Part shown: piece by piece, positions 14,001 through 28,100 of the stretch
How positions within the stretch are numbered: the first letter of the stretch is position 1
Layout of the letters: each line of letters begins with the position of its first letter
Notes under the pieces: generated by a model
The model's database searches: none
The model's input: only the letters and a program-made list of their open reading frames with translations
What the model was told of the DNA's origin: nothing
Made by a program: the position numbers and the translations under genes
Source: the human T2T-CHM13v2.0 reference genome, Homo sapiens
NCBI RefSeq assembly: GCF_009914755.1
Contig: NC_060948.1
Length of the DNA stretch: 64,000 bases
Direction: 5' to 3' (one strand)

Positions 14001-14541
14001 TGGAATGGAATGTACATGAATGGAATGTAATCGAATGGAAAGTAATCCAATGGAATAGAATCTAATGCAATAAAATCGACTCAAGTAGAGTAGAATATAA
14101 TGGAATGGAGTGCAGTGCAATGGAATGGAATGGAATGGAATGCAATGGAATGGAATGGAATGGAATGGAATGGAATGTGATGGAATGGTATGGAATGGAT
14201 AGTAATGGACTGGAGTGAAATGGACTGGAAAGGAATGGACTCAAATTGAAAGGGCTCGAAAGGAATGGAGTCAAATGGAATGGTCTGGAATGGAATGAAC
14301 ACGAATGTAATGCAATCCAATAGAATGGAATCGAATGGCATGGAATATAAAGAAATGGAATCGAAGAGAATGGAAACAAATGGAATGGAATTGAATGGAA
14401 TGGAATTGAATGGAATGGGAACGAATGGAGTGAAATTGTATGCAGTAGAAGAGAATAGAATGGAATGCAAGCGAAAGGAAAGGAATGGATTGGAATGGAA
14501 TGGAATTCATTGGAATGGAAGGGAATGTAGTGTAATGGACA
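11005..14541. repeat. DYZ1 unit U4 (3537 bp, type A)
   Basis: GGCC 11005 to 14542. Carries the same A markers as U1 at an offset of ~10550, plus an A6 run instead of A7 at 11661. Confidence 0.85.
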
Positions 14542-17500
14542 GGCCTGGAATAAAGTGGAATGCTACGGTCTCGAATGGAATAAAAATGTATGGAATGGAA
14601 TGCAATGAAACGGAATCGAATGTCATAGAATGTAATGGAATGCAAAAAAATGGAATCCAAAATCATTGACTGGAAAGGCTGGGTGTCGAAAGGAATTGAC
14701 TCCAATGGAATGGAATCGAATGGCATGGAAGTGAATAGAATGGAACTAAATCGAATGGAATGGAATTGATAGGAACGGAATGGAAAGGAATGCAATGATT
14801 TGGCATGGAATGGAATCGAATGGCATCGAATGGAATGGAATGGAATGCAATGGAATGGAATGTATTAGAATGTAATGAACTTTAATGGAATGTACTCGAA
14901 TGGATTCGACTGGAATGGAATGTTCTCGAAGTGAATGGACTCCAATGGAATGGATTCGAAAGGAATGGAATCTAATGGAATGGAATTAAATGGAAATGAA
15001 TCAAATTGAATAGAACGGAATTGAATTGAATGGAATCGAATGCAATGGAATCTAAAGAAAAGGAAAGGAAAGGAATGGAATGGATTGGAATGGAATGGGC
15101 TGGAATGGAATGGAATCGAAACGAATGGAATGGAATCGAACTGAAGAGACTGGAATGGAATGCACTGGAATGGAAGGGAATGTAATGGAAGGTTCTCAAG
15201 AAAAATGGAATCGAAAGGAATGGAATTGAATGGAACGGAATAGAGTCGAATGGAATTCAATGGAATGGAATGGACTAGAGTGAAATGGAATCGAACCACA
15301 AGGAATGGACAGGAATAGAATGGTCTCGAATTGAATGGAATCGTATGGAATGGCATCAAACGGAATGGAATGGACAGCCACGGAATGGAATGCACTCGAA
15401 TGCAATGGAGTCGACACTAACGGAGTGGAATAGAATGGACTCGACTGGTACGGACTCCAATGGAATGGAATCGAATGGAAGGGTATCGAACGGAATGGAC
15501 TCGAAGGGAAAAGACTGCAATGGAAAGGTCTCGAATGGAATGGAAATTAATGGAATGGAATGGAATCGAATGAAATGGAGTCAAAAGGAATGGAATCGAA
15601 TGGCAAGAAATCGAATGTAATGGAATCGCAAGGAATTGAAGTGAACGGAACGGAATGCAATGGAATCCAAAGGAATGGAATAGAATGGAATGGAATCGAA
15701 TGGAAAGGACTCGAATGGAAATCACTCGAATAGAATGCAATTTAATAAAATAGGATCAAATGTAATGGAATGGAATGGAAAGGAATCGAAACGAAAGGAA
15801 TGGAGACAGATGGAATGGAATGGAACAGAGAGCAATGGTATAGAATGGAATGGAATCATCTGGAATGGAATTGAATGGAATGGAATAATATGAAATGGAA
15901 TGGAATGGAATGGAATGCCCTTGAATTAAATGGACTGGAATGGAATGGACTCGAACAGAGTGGAATGGAAAGTGTTGAAATAGAATGGAATGGACTCGTT
16001 TGGAATGGTCTAGTATGCAATGCAATCGACTGGCAGGGAATCAAAAGGAATGTAATCGAATGGATTGGACTGGAATGCAATGGACTCGAATAGATTGGAA
16101 ACGGAAAGCAAAGGAATGGAATGGAATAGTATGGAATGGAATGGAAAGGAATGGAGTGGAATAGACTAGAGTGGAATGGAATGGACTGGAAAGCAATGGA
16201 CTGGAATGGAACTTTCTTGAATGGACTGGAATCAAACGGAATGGAATGCAATGCAATCAAATGGCATGGAATAAAATAGAATGAAAGAGAATCAAATGGA
16301 ATTGAATCGAATGGAATCGAATGGATTGGAAAGGAATAGAATGGAATGGAACGGAATTGACTCAAATGGAATGGACTAGAATGGAATGGATTCGAATGGA
16401 AGGCAAAGGAATGGAATCTATTGGAATGGACTGTAATGGAATGGAATGGAAGGGATTGGAATGGACTCGAATGGAATGGACTGCAATAGAAAGGATTCGA
16501 ATGGAATGAAAAAGAATTGAATGGAATAGAACAGAATGGAATCAAATCGAATGAAATGGAATGGAAGAGAAAGGAATGGAATGAAATGGAATGGAAAGGA
16601 TTCGAATGGAATGCAATCGAATGGAATGGAATCGAACGGAATGGAATAAAATGGAAGAAAACTGGCAAGAAATGGAATCGAAATGAATGGAGTGTTATGG
16701 AACGGACTCAAAAGGAATTGAATGTAATAGAATGGAGTGGAGTGGACTCGAATATAATGGACTGGAATGGAATGAAATCACATGGAATGGGAACGAATGG
16801 AATGGAATGGAAAGGAATGGAATCGAATGGAAAGGAATCGAATGGAAGGGAATGAAATTGAATCAACAGGAATGGAAGGGAGTAGAATAGACGGTAATGG
16901 AATGGACTCGAATAGAATGGACACGAATGCTCAAATTGAATGGACTCGAATGGAATGGAAACGAAAGGAATGTCATCGAATGGAATTGAATCGATTGGAA
17001 TGAAATCGCATAGAATGGAGTGGAATCAAATGGAATTGAATCGAAAGGAAAGGAAGCGAATGGACTGAAATGAAATGGAATGGAATTGAATGGAAAGTAA
17101 TGCAATGGAATAGAATGGAACGAAATTTCACGGAATGGAATCAAACTGAATGGAATCAAATCAATGGAATATAATCAAATGGAATGGAAAGGAATTGAAC
17201 GGAGTAGATTGGATTGGATGGGATTGGAATGAAATGTACTGGAAAGGACTCGAAATTCATGAAACGGAATGGAATGAACTGGAACGGAATGGAATCGAAT
17301 GGAATGGAATGTCATGTAATGGCATCAAATGGAATGGAATCGAATGCGATGGAATGCTATGGAATGGAATGGAATGCATAGGAATGGAATGTCCTCTAAT
17401 GGAATGTATTCGAGTGGAATGGAATCGAATATAATGCAGTCTAATGAAATGGAATTGAAAGGAATGGGACCGAATACAATGGAATAAACTGGAATGTAAT

Positions 17501-18055
17501 GTAATGAACTCGAATGTAATTGACTGGAATGGAATGTACATGAATGGAATGTAATCGCATGGAAAGCAATCCAATGGAATAGAATCTAATGCAATAAAAT
17601 CGACTCAAATAGAGTAGAATGTAATGGAATGGAGTGCAGTGCAATGGAATGGAATGGAATGCAACGGAATGGAATGGAATGGAATGGAATGGGATGGAAT
17701 GGTATGGAATGGATAGTAATGGACTGGAGTGAAATGGACTGGAAAAGAATGGACTCAAATTGAAAGGGCTCGAAAGGAATGGAGTCAAATGGAATGGTCT
17801 GGAATGGAATGAACACGAATGTAATGCAATCCAATAGAATGGAATCGAATGGCATGGAATATAAAGAAATGGAATCGAAGAGAATGGAAACAAATGGAAT
17901 GGAATTGAATGGAATGGAATTGAATGGAATGGGAACGAATGGAGTGAAATTGTATGCAGTAGAAGAGAATAGAATGGAATGCAAGCGAAAGGAAAGGAAT
18001 GGATTGGAATGGAATGGAATTCATTGGAATGGAAGGGAATGTAGTGTAATGGACA
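14542..18055. repeat. DYZ1 unit U5 (3514 bp, type B)
   Basis: GGCC 14542 to 18056; B markers as in U2 at an offset of 10549. Confidence 0.85.
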
Positions 18056-21000
18056 GGCCTGGAATAAAGTGGAATGCTACGGTCTCGAATGGAATAAAAA
18101 TGTATGGAATGGAATGCAATGAAACGGAATCGAATGTCATAGAATGTAATGGAATGCAAAAAAATGGACTCCAAAATCATTGACTGGAAAGGCTGGGTGT
18201 CGAAAGGAATTGACTCCAATGGAATGGAATCGAATGGCATGGAAGTGAATAGAATGGAACTAAATCGAATGGAATGGAATTGATAGGAACGGAATGGAAA
18301 GGAATGCAATGATTTGGCATGGAATGGAATCGAATGGCATCGAATGGAATGGAATGGAATGCAATGGAATGGAATGTATTAGAATGTAATGAACTTTAAT
18401 GGAATGTACTCGAATGGATTCGACTGGAATGGAATGTTCTCGAAGTGAATGGACTCCAATGGAATGGATTCGAAAGGAATGGAATCTAATGGAATGGAAT
18501 TAAATGGAAATGAATCAAATTGAATAGAACGGAATTGAATTGAATGGAATCGAATGCAATGGAATCTAATGAAAAGGAAAGGAAAGGAATGGAATGGATT
18601 GGAATGGAATGGGCTGGAATGGAATGGAATCGAAACGAATGGAATGGAATCGAACTGAAGAGACTGGAATGGAATGCACTGGAATGGAAGGGAATGTAAT
18701 GGAAGGTTCTCAAGAAAAATGGAATCGAAAGGAATGGAATTGAATGGAACGGAATAGAGTCGAATGGAATTCAATGGAATGGAATGGACTAGAGTGAAAT
18801 GGAATCGAACCACAAGGAATGGACAGGAATAGAATGGTCTCGAATTGAATGGAATCGTATGGAATGGCATCAAACGGAATGGAATGGACAGCCACGGAAT
18901 GGAATGCACTCGAATGCAATGGAGTCGACACTAACGGAGTGGAATAGAATGGACTCGACTGGTACGGACTCCAATGGAATGGATTCGAATGGAAGGGTAT
19001 TGAACGGAATGGACTCGAAGGGAAAAGACTGCAATGGAAAGGTCTCGAATGGAATGGAAATTAATGGAATGGAATGGAATCGAATGAAATGGAGTCAAAA
19101 GGAATGGAATCGAATGGCAAGAAATCGAATGTAATGGAATCGCAAGGAATTGAAGTGAACGGAACGGAATGCAATGGAATCCAAAGGAATGGAATAGAAT
19201 GGAATGGAATCGAATGGAAAGGACTCGAATGGAAATCACTCGAATAGAATGCAATTTAATAAAATAGGATCAAATGTAATGGAATGGAATGGAAAGGAAT
19301 CGAAACGAAAGGAATGGAGACAGATGGAATGGAATGGAACAGAGAGCAATGGTATAGAATGGAATGGAATCATCTGGAATGGAATTGAATGGAATGGAAT
19401 AATATGAAATGGAATGGAATGGAATGGAATGCCCTTGAATTAAATGGACTGGAATGGAATGGACTCGAACAGAGTGGAATGGAAAGTGTTGAAATAGAAT
19501 GGAATGGACTCGTTTGGAATGGTCTAGTATGCAATGCAATCGACTGGCAGGGAATCAAAAGGAATGTAATCGAATGGATTGGACTGGAATGCAATGGACT
19601 CGAATAGATTGGAAACGGAAAGCAAAGGAATGGAATGGAATAGTATGGAATGGAATGGAAAGGAATGGAGTGGAATAGACTAGAGTGGAATGGAATGGAC
19701 TGGAAAGCAATGGACTGGAAAGGAACTTTCTTGAATGGACTGGAATCAAACGGAATGGAATGCAATGCAATCAAATGGCATGGAATAAAATAGAATGAAA
19801 GAGAATCAAATGGAATTGAATCGAATGGAATCGAATGGATTGGATAGGAATAGAATGGAATGGAACGGAATTGACTCAAATGGAATGGACTAGAATGGAA
19901 TGGATTCGAATGGAAGGCAAATGAATGGAATCTATTGGAATGGACTGTAATGGAATGGAATGGAAGGGATTGGAATGGACTCGAATGGAATGGACTGCAA
20001 TAGAAAGGATTCGAATGGAATGAAAAAGAATTGAATGGAATAGAACAGAATGGAATCAAATCGAATGAAATGGAATGGAAGAGAAAGGAATGGAATGAAA
20101 TGGAATGGAAAGGATTCGAATGGAATGCAATCGAATGGAATGGAATCGAACGGAATGGAATAAAATGGAAGAAAACTGGCAAGAAATGGAATCGAAATGA
20201 ATGGAGTGTTATGGAACGGACTCAAAAGGAATTGAATGTAATAGAATGGAGTGGAGTGGACTCGAATATAATGGACTGGAATGGAATGAAATCACATGGA
20301 ATGGGAACGAATGGAATGGAATGGAAAGGAATGGAATCGAATGGAAAGGAATCGAATGGAAGGGAATGAAATTGAATCAACAGGAATGGAAGGGAGTAGA
20401 ATAGACGGTAATGGAATGGACTCGAATAGAATGGACACGAATGCTCAAATTGAATGGACTCGAATGGAATGGAAACGAAAGGAATGTCATCGAATGGAAT
20501 TGAATCGATTGGAATGAAATCGCATAGAATGGAGTGGAATCAAATGGAATTGAATCGAAAGGAAAGGAAGCGAATGGACTGAAATGAAATGGAATGGAAT
20601 TGAATGGAAAGTAATGCAATGGAATAGAATGGAACGAAATTTCACGGAATGGAATCAAACTGAATGGAATCAAATCAATGGAATCAAATCAAATGGAATG
20701 GAAAGGAATTGAATGGAGTAGATTCGATTGGATGGGATTGGAATGAAATGTACTGGAAAGGACTCGAAATTCATGAAACGGAATGGAATGAACTGGAACG
20801 GAATGGAATCGAATGGAATGGAATGTCATGGAATGGCATCAAATGGAATGGAATCGAATGCGATGGAATGCTATGGAATGGAATGGAATGCATAGGAATG
20901 GAATGTCCTCTAATGGAATGTATTCGAGTGGAATGGAATCGAATATAATGGAGTCTAATGAAATGGAATTGAAAGGAATGGGACCGAATACAATGGAATA

Positions 21001-21569
21001 AACTGGAATGTAATGTAATGAACTCGAATGTAATTGACTGGAATGGAATGTACATGAATGGAATGTAATCGAATGGAAAGCAATCCAATGGAATAGAATC
21101 TAATGCAATAAAATCGACTCAAATAGAGTAGAATGTAATGGAATGGAGTGCAGTGCAATGGAATGGAATGGAATGCAACGGAATGGAATGGAATGGAATG
21201 GAATGGGATGGAATGGTATGGAATGGATAGTAATGGACTGGAGTGAAATGGACTGGAAAAGAATGGACTCAAATTGAAAGGGCTCGAAAGGAATGGAGTC
21301 AAATGGAATGGTCTGGAATGGAATGAACACGAATGTAATGCAATCCAATAGAATGGAATCGAATGGCATGGAATATAAAGAAATGGAATCGAAGAGAATG
21401 GAAACAAATGGAATGGAATTGAATGGAATGGAATTGAATGGAATGGGAACGAATGGAGTGAAATTGTATGCAGTAGAAGAGAATAGAATGGAATGCAAGC
21501 GAAAGGAAAGGAATGGATTGGAATGGAATGGAATTCATTGGAATGGAAGGGAATGTAGTGTAATGGACA
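18056..21569. repeat. DYZ1 unit U6 (3514 bp, type B, extra copy)
   Basis: GGCC 18056 to 21570; B markers present (TTCTCAAGAAAA ~18707, GTCGACACTAACGGAG ~18924). Confidence 0.85.
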
Positions 21570-24500
21570 GGCCTGGAATAAAGTGGAATGCTACGGTCTC
21601 GAATGGAATAAAAATGTATGGAATGGAATGCAACGAAACGGAATCGAATGTCATAGAATGTAATGGAATGCAAAAAAATGGACTCCAAAATCATTGACTG
21701 GAAAGGCTGGGTGTCGAAAGGAATTGACTCCAATGGAATGGAATCGAATGGAATGGAAGTGAATAGAATCGAACTAAATCGAATGGAATGGAATTGATAG
21801 GAACGGAATGGAAAGGAATGCAATGATTTGGCATGGAATGGAATCGAAAGGCATCGAATGGAATGGAATGGAATGCAATGGAATGGAATGTATTAGAATG
21901 TAATGAACATTAATGGAAAGTACTCGAATGGATTCGACTGGAATGGAATGTTCTGGAAGTGAATGGACTCCAATGGAATGGATTCGAAAGGAATGGAATC
22001 GAACGGAATGGAATTAAACGGAAATGAATCAAATAGAATAGAACGGAATTGAATTGAATGGAATCGAATGCAATGGAATCTAATGAAACGGAAAGGAATG
22101 GAATGGAATGGGCTGGAATGGAATGGAATCGAAACGAATGGAATGGAATCGAACTGAAGAGACTGGAATGGAATGCACTGGAATGGAAGGGAATGTAATG
22201 GAAGGTTCTCGAAAAAAATGGAATCGAAAGGAATGGAATTGAATGGAACGGAATAGAGTCGAATGGAATTCAATGGAATGGAATGGACTAGAGTCAAATG
22301 GAATCGAACCACAAGGAATGGACAGGAATAGAATGGTCTCGAATTGAATGGAATCGTATGGAATGGCATCAAACGGAATGGAATGGACGGCCACGGAATG
22401 GAATGCACTCGAATGCAATGGAGTCGAAACTAATGGACTGGAATAGAATGGACTCGACTGGTACGGACTCCAATGGAATGGAATCGAATGGAAGGGAATC
22501 GAACGGAAGGGAATCGAACGGAATGGACTCGAAGGGAAAAGACTGCAATGGAAAGGTCTCGAATGGAATGGAAATTAATGGAATGGAATGGAATCGAATG
22601 AAATGGAGTCAAAAGGAATGGAATCGAATGGCAAGAAATCGAATGTAATGGAATCGCAAGGAATTGATGTGAACGGAACGGAATGGAATGGAATCCAAAG
22701 GAATGGAATAGAATGGAATGGAATCGAATGGAAAGGACTCGAATGGAAATCACTCGAATAGAATGCAATTTAATAAAATAGGATCAAATGTAATGGAATG
22801 GAATGGAAAGGAATCGAAACGAAAGGAATGGAGACAGATGGAATGGAATGGAACAGAGAGCAATGGTATAGAATGGAATGGAATCATCTGGAATGGAATT
22901 GAATGGAATGGAATAATATGAAATGGAATGGAATGGAATGGAATGTCCTTGAATTAAATGGACTGGAATGGAATGGACTCGAACAGAGTGGAATGGAAAG
23001 TGTTGAAATAGCATGGAATGGACTCGTTTGGAATGGTGTAGTATGCAATGCAATCGACTGGCAGGGAATCAAAAGGAATGTAATCGAATGGATTGGACTG
23101 GAATGCAATGGACTCGAATAGATTGGAAACGGAATGCAAAGGAATGGAATGGAATAGTATGGAATGGAATGGAAAGGAATGGAGTGGAATAGACTAGAGT
23201 GGAATGGAATGGACTCGAAAGCAATGGACTGGAATGGAACTTTCTTGAATGGACTGGAATCAAACGGAATGGAATGCAATGCAATCAAATGGCATGGAAT
23301 AAAATAGAATGAAAGAGAATCAAACGGAATTGAATCGAATGGAATCGAATGGATTGGAAAGGAATAGAATGGAATGGAATGGAATTGACTCAAATGGAAT
23401 GGACTAGAATGGAATGGATTCGAATGGAAGGCAAAGGAATGGAATCTATTGGAATGGACTGTAATGGAATGGAATGGAAGGGATTGGAATGGACTCGAAT
23501 GGAATGGACTGCAATAGAAAGGATTCGAATGGAATGAAAAAGAATTGAATGGAATAGAACAGAATGGAATCAAACCTCATGAAATAGAATGGAATAGAAA
23601 GGAATGGAATGAAATCGAATGGAAAGGATTCGAATGGAATGCAATCGAATGGAATGCAATCGAATGGAATGGAATCGAACGGAATGGAATAAAATGGAAG
23701 AAAACTGGCAAGAAATGGAATCGAAATGAATGGAGTGTTAAGGAACGGACTCAAAAGGAATTGAATGTAATAGAATGGAGTGGAGTGGACTCGAATATAA
23801 TGGACTGGAATGGAATGAAATCACATGGAATGGGAACGAATGGAATGGAATGGAAAGGAATGGAATCGAATGGAAAGGAATCGAATGGAAGGGAATGAAA
23901 TTGAATCAACAGGAATGGAAGGGAATAGAATAGACGGTAATGGAATGGACTCGAATAGAATGGACACGAATGCTCAAATTGAATGGACTCGAATGGAATG
24001 GAAATGAAAGGAATGTCATCGAATGCAATTCAATCGATTGGAATGAAATCGCATAGGATGGAGTGGAATCAAATGGAATTGAATCGAAAGGAAAAGAAGC
24101 GAATTGACTGAAATGAAATGGAATGGAATTGAATGGAAAGTAATGCAACGGAATAGAATGGATTGAAATTTCACGGAATGGAATCAAACTGAATGGAATC
24201 AAATCAATGGAATATAATCAAATGGAATGGAAAGGAATTGAATGGAGTAGATTGTATTGGATGGGATTGGAATGAAATGTACTGGAAAGGACTCGAATTT
24301 CATGAAACGGAACGGAATGTATTAGAACGGAATGGACTCGAATGGAATTGAATGTCACGGAATGGCATCAAATGGAATGGCATCAATTGGAATGGAATCG
24401 AATGCAATGGAATGCTATGGAATGGAATGGAATGCATTGGAATGGAATGTCCTCTAATGGAATGGATTCGAGTGGAATGGATTCGAATATAATGGAGTCT

Positions 24501-25123
24501 AATGAAATGGAATTGAAAGGAATGGGATCCAATACAATGGAATATACTGGAATGTAATGTAATGAACTCGAATGTAATTGACTGGAATGGAATGTACATG
24601 AGTGGAATGTAATCGAATGGAAAGTAATCCAATGGAATAGAATCTAATGCAATAAAATCGACTCAAATAGAGTAGAATGTAATGGAATGGAGTGCAGTGC
24701 AATGGAATGGAATGGAATGGGTTGGAATGGTATGGAATGGAATGGAATGGAATGGAATGGGATGGAATGGTATGGAATGGATAGTAATGGACTGGAGTGA
24801 AATGGACTGGAAAGGAATGGACTCAAATTGAAAGGGCTCGAAAGGAATGGAGTCAAATGGAATGGTCTGGAATGGAATGAACACGAATGTAATGCAATCC
24901 AATAGAATGGAATCGAATGGCATGGAATGTAAAGAAATGGAATCGAAGAGAATGGAAACAAATGGAATGGAATTGAATGGAATGGAATTGAATGGAATGG
25001 GAACGAATGGAGTGAAATTGTATGCAGTAGAAGAGAATAGAATGGAATGCAAGCGAAAGGAAAGGAATGGATTGGAATGGAATGGAATTCATTGGAATGG
25101 AAGGGAATGTAGTGTAATGGACA
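21570..25123. repeat. DYZ1 unit U7 (3554 bp, mosaic C*)
   Basis: GGCC 21570 to 25124. It has a C-type start with an extra GGCC at 22389, a non-C middle, C-type sequence at 24090-24610 and an A-type end. Confidence 0.8.
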
Positions 25124-28100
25124 GGCCTGGAATAAAGTGGAATGCTACGGTCTCGAATGGAATAAAAATGTATGGAATGGAATGCAATGAAACGGAATCG
25201 AATGTCATAGAATGTAATGGAATGCAAAAAAATGGAATCCAAAATCATTGACTGGAAAGGCTGGGTGTCGAAAGGAATTGACTCCAATGGAATGGAATCG
25301 AATGGCATGGAAGTGAATAGAATGGAACTAAATCGAATGGAATGGAATTGATAGGAACGGAATGGAAAGGAATGCAATGATTTGGCATGGAATGGAATCG
25401 AATGGCATCGAATGGAATGGAATGGAATGCAATGGAATGGAATGTATTAGAATGTAATGAACTTTAATGGAATGTACTCGAATGGATTCGACTGGAATGG
25501 AATGTTCTCGAAGTGAATGGAATCCAATGGAATGGATTCGAAAGGAATGGAATCTAATGGAATGGAATTAAATGGAAATGAATCAAATTGAATAGAACGG
25601 AATTGAATTGAATGGAATCGAATGCAATGGAATCTAATGAAAAGGAAAGGAAAGGAATGGAATGGATTGGAATGGAATGGGCTGGAATGGAATGGAATCG
25701 AAACGAATGGAATGGAATCGAACTGAAGAGACTGGAATGGAATGCACTGGAATGGAAGGGAATGTAATGGAAGGTTCTCAAGAAAAATGGAATCGAAAGG
25801 AATGGAATTGAATGGAACGGAATAGAGTCGAATGGAATTCAATGGAATGGAATGGACTAGAGTGAAATGGAATCGAACCACAAGGAATGGACAGGAATAG
25901 AATGGTCTCGAATTGAATGGAATCGTATGGAATGGCATCAAACGGAATGGAATGGACAGCCACGGAATGGAATGCACTCGAATGCAATGGAGTCGACACT
26001 AACGGAGTGGAATAGAATGGACTCGACTGGTACGGACTCCAATGGAATGGAATCGAATGGAAGGGTATCGAACGGAATGGACTCGAAGGGAAAAGACTGC
26101 AATGGAAAGGTCTCGAATGGAATGGAAATTAATGGAATGGAATCGAATGAAATGGAGTCAAAAGGAATGGAATCGAATGGCAAGAAATCGAATGTAATGG
26201 AATCGCAAGGAATTGAAGTGAACGGAACGGAATGCAATGGAATCCAAAGGAATGGAATAGAATGGAATGGAATCGAATGGAAAGGACTCGAATGGAAATC
26301 ACTCGAATAGAATGCAATTTAATAAAATAGGATCAAATGTAATGGAATGGAATGGAAAGGAATCGAAACGAAAGGAATGGAGACAGATGGAATGGAATGG
26401 AACAGAGAGCAATGGTATAGAATGGAATGGAATCATCTGGAATGGAATTGAATGGAATGGAATAATATGAAATGGAATGGAATGGAATGGAATGCCCTTG
26501 AATTAAATGGACTGGAATGGAATGGACTCGAACAGAGTGGAATGGAAAGTGTTGAAATAGAATGGAATGGACTCGTCTGGAATGGTCTAGTATGCAATGC
26601 AATCGACTGGCAGGGAATCAAAAGGAATGTAATCGAATGGATTGGACTGGAATGCAATGGACTCGAATAGATTGGAAACGGAAAGCAAAGGAATGGAATG
26701 GAATAGTATGGAATGGAATGGAAAGGAATGGAGTGGAATAGACTAGAGTGGAATGGAATGGACTGGAAAGCAATGGACTGGAATGGAACTTTCTTGAATG
26801 GACTGGAATCAAACGGAATGGAATGCAATGCAATCAAATGGCATGGAATAAAATAGAATGAAAGAGAATGAAATGGAATTGAATCGAATGGAATCGAATG
26901 GATTGGAAAGGAATAGAATGGAATGGAACGGAATTGACTCAAATGGAATGGACTAGAATGGAATGGATTCGAATGGAAGGCAAATGAATGGAATCTATTG
27001 GAATGGACTGTAATGGAATGGAATGGAAGGGATTGGAATGGACTCGAATAGAATGGACTGCAATAGAAAGGATTCGAATGGAATGAAAAAGAATTGAATG
27101 AAATAGAAGAGAATGGAAACAAATCGAATGAAATGGAATGGAAGAGAAAGGAATGGAATGAAATGGAATGGAAAGGATTCGAATGGAATGCAATCGAATG
27201 GAATGGAATCGAACGGAATGGAATAAAATGGAAGAAAACTGGCAAGAAATGGAATCGAAATGAATGGAGTGTTATGGAACGGACTCAAAAGGAATTGAAT
27301 GTAATAGAATGGAGTGGAGTGGACTCGAATATAATGGACTGGAATGGAATGAAATCACATGGAATGGGAACGAATGGAATGGAATGGAAAGGAATGGAAT
27401 CGAATGGAAAGGAATCGAATGGAAGGGAATGAAATTGAATCAACAGGAATGGAAGGGAGTAGAATAGACGGTAATGGAATGGACTCGAATAGAATGGACA
27501 CGAATGCTCAAATTGAATGGACTCGAATGGAATGGAAACGAAAGGAATGTCATCGAATGGAATTGAATCGATTGGAATGAAATCGCATAGAATGGAGTGG
27601 AATCAAATGGAATTGAATCGAAAGGAAAGGAAGCGAATGGACTGAAATGAAATGGAATGGAATTGAATGGAAAGTAATGCAATGGAATAGAATGGAACGA
27701 AATTTCACGGAATGGAATCAAACTGAATGGAATCAAATCAATGGAATATAATCAAATGGAATGGAAAGGAATTGAACGGAGTAGATTGGATTGGATGGGA
27801 TTGGAATGAAATGTACTGGAAAGGACTCGAAATTCATGAAACGGAATGGAATGAACTGGAACGGAATGGAATCGAATGGAATGGAATGTCATGTAATGGC
27901 ATCAAATGGAATGGAATCGAATGCGATGGAATGCTATGGAATGGAATGGAATGCATAGGAATGGAATGTCCTCTAATGGAATGTATTCGAGTGGAATGGA
28001 ATCGAATATAATGCAGTCTAATGAAATGGAATTGAAAGGAATGGGACCGAATACAATGGAATAAACTGGAATGTAATGTAATGAACTCGAATGTAATTGA

